A stretch of 64,000 nt of DNA from an uncultured Gemmatimonadota bacterium (GTDB lineage Bacteria > Blakebacterota > Blakebacteria > Blakebacterales > Blakebacteraceae), in the NCBI GenBank assembly GCA_964576115.1, contig CAZNUA010000013.1, positions 1 through 64,000 of the forward strand, written 5' to 3'. The notes under the pieces were generated by a model. It searched no databases. It was given only the letters and a program-made list of their open reading frames with translations, and was not told the origin of the DNA. The position numbers and the translations under genes were made by a program. Below are positions 48,339 through 56,493 of this stretch, one piece after another (within the stretch, counting starts at the first letter, position 1; every line of letters starts with the position of its first letter).

Positions 48339-51046
48339 TCCGCCTGCTCCGTTCCTGCCGTAACGAGCGCGCTGTCATCGGCGGTCTCGACCGCATAGCG
48401 GCCGTTCTGACGATCCGCCAGTTCGCCGTATCGTTTCGATTTGTTCCAGTTCCGGATCTTGCTGAAGTACCCTACCACGCGGGTTTCGCCGTAGACGTTC
48501 TCCGAACCGCACTTGGTACAGGTCTCGATCAGCCCCCGCATGCTGTGGTGGCAGTCCTCGCAGAAGGTGAACTCGGGGCTGATGGTGACCTGCGCGGACT
48601 GGGTGCGATAGAAGACATCCTTCATCAGCTCGGCAATGGCGCCGGCCGAGGGGCGCTCCTCGCCCACGAAGGCGTGGGTGATGGCGCCCGATTCGATGAG
48701 GCTGTGATACTTGGCCTGCTCGCGGATGCGCTCGACTAAAGAGACAGGAGCGTTGGCCGCCAGATGGACCGAGTTGGTGTAATAGGCATAGTCCTCGGCG
48801 TCGCCCTTGACAACCGGCAGGGCTTCGTCGCGGAAATAGACCAGGTCGGTCTTGGCCAGCCGGCGGGCCGCGCTCTCGGCCGGGGACTCCTCGAGGGTGA
48901 AGATCAGGTTGTGCTTCTTCGAGAGTTTCTTGGCCTTCAGGAACATGTGGGCGATGACCTTCAGACCCAGTTGACGGGCTTCGGCGCTCTCATGCAGTTC
49001 CTTGCCGATCAGGAAGTCGATGGCGTCGTTCAGGCCGATCAGACCGATGATGTAGGTGCTCTGGTCCAGATCGACGTACTGCTTGCTGTCATTGGATTCC
49101 TGTCCGATCTGCCAGAGCGGGTGTCCGGGAGCCGACATCATCTCCGCGATCTTGGCCCGCTTCTGCAGGTGCGCCTCGGCGGCCAGTTCCATGGTGCGGT
49201 CCAGCTCTTCATACAGCGCGGTCAGGATCTCCTTGTGGCCCGAGCGCGAAGCCCGGTACGCCGCCTGGGGAATGTTGACGGTCACATTCTGGAAGCCGCA
49301 GAAGCGCATATTCTCGGGGTGCCGGAGCATCCGGTTGCTCTGGATGGTGGTGCGCAACCGGCAGCAGGCCGAAAGGGTGACCTCGTCGCGGTCAAACACG
49401 AAGTAGGTCGAACCGTTCTGGCTGGCCAGTTCGCAGGCGCGGGCGAAGACCAGGTACTGTTCGGGATCCTCGAAGGTCTCCTCGCTGATGTGGAAATCGC
49501 ACTTCGGGAACTCGAAGACGCGGCCCAGTGAGTCCCCCTCGCTCCAGACCTCGAGCAGAGCCAGACAGAACTGCCGGGCCTCGGTTTCGTAATCGCCGTA
49601 GGTGACGATCTCTTCCCCCCGTTCGGCCAGGACCATCGCCACGCTCTCGTCATACACAATACCGGCGTTCGGGTCGTAGAGCTCGCGCAGGACCAGCCGC
49701 CGCTCCCCCGGTTCTTCCTCGTAGAACAGATCCATCAGACGGTAACCGTCGGCGTCGGTCTCCGAGCGCAACACCTCGACGAGCGGCACCTTGGTCCCGT
49801 CGGCCAGTCGGAGCATGTAGGCCCCGCCCGGGCCGATGGCGGGCACGCTCTTCAGGTAAGAGGGAATGCCGGTGTGGATGTTGAAGTCCAGGAACAGCGT
49901 CTGCCCGCCGCGGCTGAAAGCGTTCTGGGAGCCGTTGAAGATCAGTTCCTGGGCGATCTGCTTGTATTCCGTCCAGCTCATTCCCTCCAGCAGAGGGGCA
50001 TAGAGGATGTTGATGTAGGCGATCCCCAGCGCTCCGGCGTAGTTGGCCTGCATCGAAGCCAGGAAGGTGTTCAGATGGCCGGTCAGAACCGAGGCGGAAC
50101 GGGCCGGTTTCGAGGTCGTGCTCAGGTTCGCCAGCCCCTGCAGGCCGTACTTCTTCACGTACTCGATCGAATGCGAGGAGCAGTAGACCCGGTGGGGATA
50201 ACCGAGATCGTGCAGGTGGATGGCCCCGGTATCGTGAGCCCGCTTGATCTCGGGGCTGAAAATGGTGTCCAGGGCCCACTGTTTCAGGATCAACTCGGCC
50301 AGACCGAGGTTCACCGCCTCGGGGTTGTTGTTGACGATGTTGGAGTTTTCGGTCGACTTCGTGTTCATCAGGCTTTCGACGAAGTCTTTCGGTACGCCGT
50401 AGAGCGAAAGGTCGCGGAGCTGATCCTGATAGCCGCGTTCGGTCAGTTCGTTGTTGACCAGTTCCCGGATCAGGGTGGTGTTGACGGTCCGGATGTTACT
50501 GTCGATGATCCGGTTCTCCACACTCTTGGCTACGGCGATGGCGACCTCGGCCGAAAGATCGGTGTTCTGGATGATGGCCTGCACGATCCGGCGGTGATCC
50601 CAGGGCAGGGTGATGTTGTCGGAGGTGGATTCGACCAGGAGCAGGCTGGCGTCGGTGACGTCCACTTCGCCGTTCTGGCCCTCGTCGCGGACCCGGATGC
50701 GTTTGCGGGCGACCTCGCGCTTGCGCCGATAGCGCTTGTAGGTGGCCACGACCAGGGTCTCGTTGGCCTCGGCCAGCAGAACTTCGACCAGATCCTGGAT
50801 GTCCTCGATCTTCGGAATGCGCCGGTCGTCCTCATCGGGATAGACGTAGTACTCGCTCTGGCGCAGGTTCATCTGCTCGATGACATCGTCTGTGATCGAC
50901 ACGGGCAGGTCGGCCGCTGGAGAGTAATCGGAATCGCGCGCGACCGCCTCGCAGGCGGCCCGGATGGCATTTTCGATCTTGTCTCTGCGGAAAGGGACGA
51001 TGAGTCCCGAGCGTTTGCGGAATCCGTCGAAACCACCTTCGCTCAT
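48275..51046 (-). CDS. nrdD: Class III anaerobic ribonucleoside-triphosphate reductase with tandem ATP-cones
   Basis: IHLHDL, LSACCRL, EESPAES, YYTNS, CxxC..CxxC, RVVGY glycyl-radical motif; AAGGAG RBS. Confidence 0.95.
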   Translation of the reverse strand: MSEGGFDGFRKRSGLIVPFRRDKIENAIRAACEAVARDSDYSPAADLPVSITDDVIEQMNLRQSEYYVYPDEDDRRIPKIEDIQDLVEVLLAEANETLVVATYKRYRRKREVARKRIRVRDEGQNGEVDVTDASLLLVESTSDNITLPWDHRRIVQAIIQNTDLSAEVAIAVAKSVENRIIDSNIRTVNTTLIRELVNNELTERGYQDQLRDLSLYGVPKDFVESLMNTKSTENSNIVNNNPEAVNLGLAELILKQWALDTIFSPEIKRAHDTGAIHLHDLGYPHRVYCSSHSIEYVKKYGLQGLANLSTTSKPARSASVLTGHLNTFLASMQANYAGALGIAYINILYAPLLEGMSWTEYKQIAQELIFNGSQNAFSRGGQTLFLDFNIHTGIPSYLKSVPAIGPGGAYMLRLADGTKVPLVEVLRSETDADGYRLMDLFYEEEPGERRLVLRELYDPNAGIVYDESVAMVLAERGEEIVTYGDYETEARQFCLALLEVWSEGDSLGRVFEFPKCDFHISEETFEDPEQYLVFARACELASQNGSTYFVFDRDEVTLSACCRLRTTIQSNRMLRHPENMRFCGFQNVTVNIPQAAYRASRSGHKEILTALYEELDRTMELAAEAHLQKRAKIAEMMSAPGHPLWQIGQESNDSKQYVDLDQSTYIIGLIGLNDAIDFLIGKELHESAEARQLGLKVIAHMFLKAKKLSKKHNLIFTLEESPAESAARRLAKTDLVYFRDEALPVVKGDAEDYAYYTNSVHLAANAPVSLVERIREQAKYHSLIESGAITHAFVGEERPSAGAIAELMKDVFYRTQSAQVTISPEFTFCEDCHHSMRGLIETCTKCGSENVYGETRVVGYFSKIRNWNKSKRYGELADRQNGRYAVETADDSALVTAGTEQAECPSPSESSFSENQVATNAPS

Positions 51047-51196
51047 CAAGTTCTCCTTCAGGCTTCCGGATTCGGGTTGCCACGTGCGCAGGCGATGGTG
51101 GAACCGAGGTGTCGTGCACGCGGCATGGGAAAGATCCCCCCCTGAAAAGCAACGCGACCGATTGTACGCCCCGCGAATCGGCTTGTCAATTCGCAA

Positions 51197-51244
51197 ACGC
51201 AATATTTTGTAGTATTTCGTCTTTTTTCGCCCCATATGTTGATT
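51197..51244. promoter_or_regulatory. Tandem NrdR boxes
   Basis: acgCaAtATtTtGtag (51197) and gccCcAtATgTtGatt (51229) fit acaCwAtATaTwGtg; 32-bp spacing; upstream of nrdD. Confidence 0.7.
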
Positions 51245-51569
51245 ATTGTGTGTAGAAACATGTTGATAAGTCCTGTGAATAGTCTGTCCGGCATCCTTGA
51301 ATTCCTATAACTCTTTGTTTACAAACAGATTACGACGATTACGTGAAATCCGGGCGACGGGAGTGTGGCGGTGTTGACAGGTGGACACTGCGTAGGTTGT
51401 TCGAGTGTGCCGGCGGGAAAATATCCCGGTGCTTCCCGCTCCGGTGGACCGGGAGCGCCTCACCTTCGCCGGGGTGCTCGAGAAGCACGGGGCGGAGCGA
51501 AAAGCGAAGCGGCGGAGAATGACCCGGGAACAGCCCGGTGCCGGACCGGATCTGACGGGGACAGGGTAG

Positions 51570-51680
51570 TGATGCATATGATGCAATTAATGCAAATTTC
51601 TGCAAGATACGCCCCGAATACACTTGACTGATGATGCATATGATGCATTTTTCTTTTATGTCTGCATCAAATGCAACTTA
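51570..51680. promoter_or_regulatory. Phased TGCA repeat arrays (candidate operator of the downstream regulator)
   Basis: TGCA at 51573, 51582, 51591, 51601, 51635, 51644, 51663, 51672; tgatgcatatgatgca occurs twice. Confidence 0.6.
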
Positions 51681-51702
51681 ACGATGTACTGAGGGGCTTG
51701 CC

Positions 51703-52533
51703 GTGCAGGATCTGTTGACCACCCGCCAGCTGCAGGACGTTCTCAAGGTCGATCGCACCACGATCTATCGGATCGTGAAGCGGGGGGAACTGCCCGCCAT
51801 TCGGGTGGGCAATCAGTGGCGCTTCCCGCGTCGCGAGGTCGAGGCCTGGCTGCACGAACACGCCCTTCTCGAAGCTCCGGCCGGGGCGGCCGGTACGGCA
51901 GCGAACGGCGCCTTTGCAGAGCTGTCGCCGCCTGATACGGCCGCCGGCAGCGGAGTCGCATGGGACTCCTCAAACGCCCATTTCATCTTTCCGATCGAAT
52001 GCGTCCAGCGGATCCAGGACGCCTTTGCCGAGATCCTGGGCGTGACCATCCTGGTCACGAATACCGAGGGCGATGAGCTCACCCGCTCGAGTCATTCCGG
52101 GGGATTGTGGGATCTGGCTCGGACCGCCCCCGAAGTTCGGGTTGCCTACCGGGCCTTCTGGCGCGACCTCGGCCGGCAGGCCGCTCCCGATGAAGAGCTG
52201 CAGGCTGATCCGGTACTGGGTCTGCTCTGGTGCGGAGCTCTGATCCGGACCGGTGACGAGGTCAGAGCGCTGGTCGTGGTCGGAGGGCTCGTTCCCCGCG
52301 AGTGGCCGCCGAGCGAGGAGAGAGTCAGCGAACTCGCCGTCAGGATGGCATTGCCCGAAACAACCTTGAGGCGTACAATCGACCAGGTACATCGCCTCGA
52401 AGAGGCAGGAACCGCCTACTTATTGCCCTTCAGTCGCCGGCTGGGTGACATCCTCGAACATATCGTGGCCGAGCGGGTGGAGATCGTCGACCGGATGGAG
52501 AGCATCGCTGAATTGACTCATCTGGACACGTAG
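51703..52533 (+). CDS. Excisionase-family HTH (HTH_17) plus PocR-like sensor domain regulator
   Basis: LLTT..L.V...TIYR..GELPA.RVGNQWRF; CVQRIQDAFAEILGVTILVTNTEG. Confidence 0.8.
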   Translation: MQDLLTTRQLQDVLKVDRTTIYRIVKRGELPAIRVGNQWRFPRREVEAWLHEHALLEAPAGAAGTAANGAFAELSPPDTAAGSGVAWDSSNAHFIFPIECVQRIQDAFAEILGVTILVTNTEGDELTRSSHSGGLWDLARTAPEVRVAYRAFWRDLGRQAAPDEELQADPVLGLLWCGALIRTGDEVRALVVVGGLVPREWPPSEERVSELAVRMALPETTLRRTIDQVHRLEEAGTAYLLPFSRRLGDILEHIVAERVEIVDRMESIAELTHLDT

Positions 52534-52579
52534 ACAGGCATCTGCTCAACAGTATCCCCAACATGATAAAGAGGCTGTC

Positions 52580-53815
52580 ATGAAGAAACTGCTGATCCTC
52601 GGCGGTGGAACCGCCGGTACCATGGTCGCCAACCGGCTGGGCCGCGAACTCGATCCCGACGCCTGGCAGATCACCATCGTGGATTCCGATCCGGTCCATT
52701 ACTACCAGCCGGGTTTCGTTTTCGTTCCGTTCGGGATCTACAAGAAACGCCAGGATGTCATCAAGCCGCGCCAGGGACTGTTCGATCCCAACGTGCGTTT
52801 TATCCTCTCGGATATAGAGTTGATCGAACCTGACTCCCGGCAGGTCCGGCTCGCGAAAAACGATCTGGTCCTGACCTACGATTTCCTGGTCATCGCGACC
52901 GGAACCCACATGCATCCCGAAGAGACTCCGGGTCTGCTCGGCGATGAATGGCACCGCAGTATTTTCGATTTCTACACCCCCGAGGGAGCTTTCGCGCTGG
53001 CCCAGAAGCTGCGTACCTGGGAGGGGGGACGGCTGGTTCTGAACATCGCCGACACACCGATCAAGTGTCCGGTCGCTCCGCTGGAATTCCTCTTTCTGGC
53101 TGACTGGTTTCTGCACGAACAGGGTATCCGCGACAAGGTCGAGATCGCTTTTGCCACACCTCTGCCCGGCGCCTTCACCAAGCCGCGCGCCTCGGCCTTT
53201 CTCGCCGACCTGCTCGAGGAGCGCCGGATCGAGGTGGTGCCCGAGTTCCTGATCGAGGAAGCCGATTCAGAGAAGAAGATGATCCGCTCCTTCGATGGCC
53301 GGGAGGTGCCCTTCGACCTGCTCGTGACCGTTCCGCTCAACATGGGAGCGGAAGTGATCGAACGCTCCGACATGGGCGATGACCTCAATTACGTGCCGAC
53401 CGAAAAGCATACTCTGCGGCACAAGACCTTCGAGAATATTTTCGTGCTCGGCGACGCCACCGATCTGCCGACCTCGAAGGCCGGCTCGGTGGCTCACTTC
53501 CAGTCCGATGTTTTCGTCGAGAACTTCCTGCGTTACATCGACGGCCTCGAACTGCTCGAGACCTTCGACGGTCACTCCAACTGCTACATCGAGACCGGTT
53601 ACGGCAAGGGCACCCTGATCGATTTCAACTACGATGTCGAACCCCTGCCGGGCCGCTTTCCCCTGCCCGGTCTGGGACCCTTCAGCCTGCTCGAGGAATC
53701 CCGGGTCGATCACTGGGGCAAACTGATGTTCCGCTGGATCTACTGGCACCTGCTTCTCAAGGGTACCGAACTCCCCATCCCGGTCCGGATGAGTATGGCC
53801 GGCAAGCGGGCCTGA
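52580..53815 (+). CDS. Sulfide:quinone oxidoreductase-like FAD-dependent oxidoreductase
   Basis: ILGGGTAG, HYYQPG, KCPVAPLE, GDATDLPTSKAG, DGHSNCYIETG. Confidence 0.85.
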   Translation: MKKLLILGGGTAGTMVANRLGRELDPDAWQITIVDSDPVHYYQPGFVFVPFGIYKKRQDVIKPRQGLFDPNVRFILSDIELIEPDSRQVRLAKNDLVLTYDFLVIATGTHMHPEETPGLLGDEWHRSIFDFYTPEGAFALAQKLRTWEGGRLVLNIADTPIKCPVAPLEFLFLADWFLHEQGIRDKVEIAFATPLPGAFTKPRASAFLADLLEERRIEVVPEFLIEEADSEKKMIRSFDGREVPFDLLVTVPLNMGAEVIERSDMGDDLNYVPTEKHTLRHKTFENIFVLGDATDLPTSKAGSVAHFQSDVFVENFLRYIDGLELLETFDGHSNCYIETGYGKGTLIDFNYDVEPLPGRFPLPGLGPFSLLEESRVDHWGKLMFRWIYWHLLLKGTELPIPVRMSMAGKRA

Positions 53816-53828
53816 AAGGGGGACGATC

Positions 53829-54569
53829 ATGGTGACCGGAACAACCGAAGAGAGCCTGAAACAGATCCAGATTCAGCTGGCTCGCCTGACCGAGCAGATC
53901 GAATACCTGCACGCCGAATCCCGCCGCGATGCCGAGCGCTGGGAGACAGTCGAAGATCTGGCCGCCGATCTCAAACTGGTCGGTCAGGCCGCTTTCGAGG
54001 GGGCGGTCGAAGAACTCGCCGCTCTCGATCCGCATACCACCTTTGCCGATGCAACCCGGCTTCTGCGCCGGCTCGTCGAGAACGCCGATAACCTCGACTG
54101 GACCCTGCAGCAGCTCGAAAGCGTACGAGATTTCACCCGCGATGCAGCCCCGATCGCGACCTTCGCTTTCGAGACCCTGACCGAACGGCTCGAGGAACTC
54201 GATGAGCAGGGAGTCCTGGAATTCGTGAAGGAAGCCTGGCGCATCATGCAGATCATCCTCACCAGCTTCACCCCCGAGGATGTCCGTCTGCTGGGCGACA
54301 ACATCGTTCTGATCCTGAACACGGTGAAGGAGATGACCCAACCCGAGATGATGCGGATGATGCACAACCTGACCAGTGCCTGGCGTGAGGCCGAGGCCGC
54401 GCCCGAGGCCCTGAAGACAGGAACCCTGGCACTTCTCAGGCAGATGAGAGATCCGCAGGTCCGGCGCGGACTGGCTGTGACCATGCAGATGCTCAAGACG
54501 GTGGCGGGTAATCGGGAGCTTGCCGCCGAGGTGGAGCAGAGAACCGATTCCTCACCGAATGGTGAATGA
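53829..54569 (+). CDS. DUF1641 domain protein
   Basis: Coiled-coil body; C-terminal LLRQMRDPQVRRGL. Confidence 0.75.
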   Translation: MVTGTTEESLKQIQIQLARLTEQIEYLHAESRRDAERWETVEDLAADLKLVGQAAFEGAVEELAALDPHTTFADATRLLRRLVENADNLDWTLQQLESVRDFTRDAAPIATFAFETLTERLEELDEQGVLEFVKEAWRIMQIILTSFTPEDVRLLGDNIVLILNTVKEMTQPEMMRMMHNLTSAWREAEAAPEALKTGTLALLRQMRDPQVRRGLAVTMQMLKTVAGNRELAAEVEQRTDSSPNGE

Positions 54570-54585
54570 CGAGGAGACTGAGACA

Positions 54586-54900
54586 ATGGCAAACCTGCAG
54601 ATCGACACGCGAACACTCGAACTCGACGAGGACCGCTTTCTGATCAACCCCGAGGAGTGGGATCGAGAGGTGGCTGCCGCTCTGGCTGAAGAGGACGACA
54701 TCGTCCTGACCGATCGGCACTGGGAAGTCATCGAGTTCGTTCGTTCCTACCACGCCGAGAAGGGGGAATCCCCGACCCTGCGCAAGATCACCAAAGTGGG
54801 TGGGATCCCGACCAAGGAACTCTATCAGCTCTTCCCCGGCGGTCCCGGCAAGAAAGTCGCCCGCATTTCGGGTACGCCGAAGCCCGAGGGCTGTGTGTGA
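54586..54900 (+). CDS. TusE/DsrC/DsvC family sulfur carrier (single C-terminal Cys)
   Basis: LTDRHWEVIEFVR, LYQLFPGGP, PKPEGCV. Confidence 0.88.
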   Translation: MANLQIDTRTLELDEDRFLINPEEWDREVAAALAEEDDIVLTDRHWEVIEFVRSYHAEKGESPTLRKITKVGGIPTKELYQLFPGGPGKKVARISGTPKPEGCV

Positions 54901-54970
54901 AAACCGGTGAATCCGGTGAGGATGGCATGGAAAACGGATCCGATGAGGATCTGCACAACGGGAGGAAAAC

Positions 54971-55444
54971 ATGGGTGAGAACAACGGCCCCCGAAAGCTC
55001 GCCATTATCTGTTCCAAGGGAACCCTCGATATGGCGTACCCCGGTCTGGTGCTGGCCAACGCCGCCCGTCAGGCCGGAATCGAGGCCTTTATCTTCTTCA
55101 CCTTCTGGGGCATGGACATCATTACGAAAAAGAAGATGAACCGGCTCAAGGTCACCCCGGTCGGCAATCCCGCCATGGGTATGCCGAACCTGGTGGGGAT
55201 GCTCCCCGGGATGACCCCGATGGCGACGGCGATGATGAAGAAGAAGATCGACGACATCGACATTCCGCCGGTCGATGAATTCCTCGATATGATCCACGAT
55301 GCCGGCGCGAAACTCTATGCCTGCCGCATGGCGGCCGACATGATGGGGCTCGAAGAAACCGACCTCATCCCGCAGATCGAGGGCATCATCAGCGCCATGG
55401 ACTTTATGGACCTCTCCGAGGACGCGCAGACGATTTTCATCTAG
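54971..55444 (+). CDS. DsrE/DsrF/DrsH-like (DsrE2) sulfur-transfer protein
   Basis: IICSKGTLDMAYP, FFTFWG, YACRM, TIFI. Confidence 0.88.
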   Translation: MGENNGPRKLAIICSKGTLDMAYPGLVLANAARQAGIEAFIFFTFWGMDIITKKKMNRLKVTPVGNPAMGMPNLVGMLPGMTPMATAMMKKKIDDIDIPPVDEFLDMIHDAGAKLYACRMAADMMGLEETDLIPQIEGIISAMDFMDLSEDAQTIFI

Positions 55445-55614
55445 CCTGTCGGAGTAACCGGTGATCGTGAGGTTTGTGCTGGCGCCGGCCGACAAGGCGA
55501 CTGAGCCGGAGGCCCGGAAACGTCGTCACTGTGCTATGTTGAGGACATCCGGTGAAAGTCAACGTGTCGGCCGGATGCAAGCGTGGACCGTAGCCGGTGG
55601 ATTACTCCGACAGG
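55445..55614. mobile_element. MITE-like element with 13-bp terminal inverted repeats
   Basis: cctgtcggagtaa (55445-55457) / ttactccgacagg (55602-55614); inner IR ccggccgaca / tgtcggccgg. Confidence 0.6.
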
Positions 55615-55798
55615 ACTCCCAGGAACCGATTACTCCTGAACCGATCGTCGGGCACGGCCGGTATCCCCCCGGCGGGAGTCCCGTGAGCATTATAGTATCA
55701 TAATGACATTATATAGGTCCCCTAGGGAAACCTTTCCACTTCCTCTACGTTGTATAGCGGGACAACCCGACCTTCGAATCGTGAGAGGAGTTCTGCCG

Positions 55799-56455
55799 AT
55801 GAAGATCCCCGGTCGCATTGCCCTCGGGCTGCTCTGCCTGCTCCTGAGCGTGCCTGCTCTTCAGGCCCAGGAGCAGAGCCAGTTCTCGCTGGCTCTCGGC
55901 GGCGCCTACAACCTTCCCCTGGGTGTGTTTTCAGAGACCGACGGGGCCATTTACTCCTGCCCCGAAACGGGTTTTGCCACCGATGGTTCCACCTGGCAGG
56001 TCAAAGGTTACTTCCATATGAGCGACAAACTGGCCCTCTACGGGTACTATGCCAAACCCCGGTTCAATGTCGACAACGCCGCGGTCGAGGCACAGCTGCT
56101 CGAACAGGGCAACCCCTGGTCGTACGAGGCGGAATACAACCTGACGGTCATCGGTTTCGGCGCCCGGCTTACACCGCTCCGGATCGCCATGGTCGCGCCG
56201 TACGTGCAGGCCGGTCTGGCCCAGTACACGACCGAGATCGTCCAGCGGGTTGCCGACACCGAGGAAATCATGAAATCCGACGGCGCCAATGCGGTCAATT
56301 TCGGTGCCGGCGTGCAGGCCTGGATCGGCCCGGTGGGAGTCGATCTCGGGGCCGTCTATCACTCCGCTCCGCTCGTCATCGAAGGCCATGAGTGGGACTA
56401 CGAGACAAGCTGGCTCGAGATCGGACTCTCCCTGTTCTATACCTTCGGCGGTTGA
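55799..56455 (+). CDS. Outer-membrane beta-barrel protein (small, OmpW/OmpA-like)
   Basis: Signal peptide (..PALQA); amphipathic strands, PYVQAGL, C-terminal YTF; GAGGAG RBS. Confidence 0.75.
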   Translation: MKIPGRIALGLLCLLLSVPALQAQEQSQFSLALGGAYNLPLGVFSETDGAIYSCPETGFATDGSTWQVKGYFHMSDKLALYGYYAKPRFNVDNAAVEAQLLEQGNPWSYEAEYNLTVIGFGARLTPLRIAMVAPYVQAGLAQYTTEIVQRVADTEEIMKSDGANAVNFGAGVQAWIGPVGVDLGAVYHSAPLVIEGHEWDYETSWLEIGLSLFYTFGG

Positions 56456-56493
56456 GACCGGTTCGTAGTCCCTTCGGCGGCTGAAACCGGTTC

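Noticed and set aside
49604-49822. Intein or intron in nrdD
   Set aside because: No splice-junction residues, too short for a mini-intein, and the frame is uninterrupted.
51345-51565. GC-rich hairpins between nrdD and the regulator as a possible ncRNA or riboswitch
   Set aside because: Only short stems (e.g. cgctccgg..ccgggagcg); no recognisable family motif; would need an Rfam/Infernal scan.
51570-51680. Possible CRISPR array or iterons
   Set aside because: Units are ~9 bp with no unique spacers; no cas or rep gene in the window.
51703-51870. Excisionase-like HTH as a sign of a prophage or ICE
   Set aside because: It is fused to a sensor domain and heads a metabolic operon; no integrase or phage genes nearby.
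54586-55444. Evidence for dissimilatory sulfate reduction or reverse Dsr
   Set aside because: The DsrC-like protein lacks the second conserved Cys and no dsrAB/dsrMK is present in the window.
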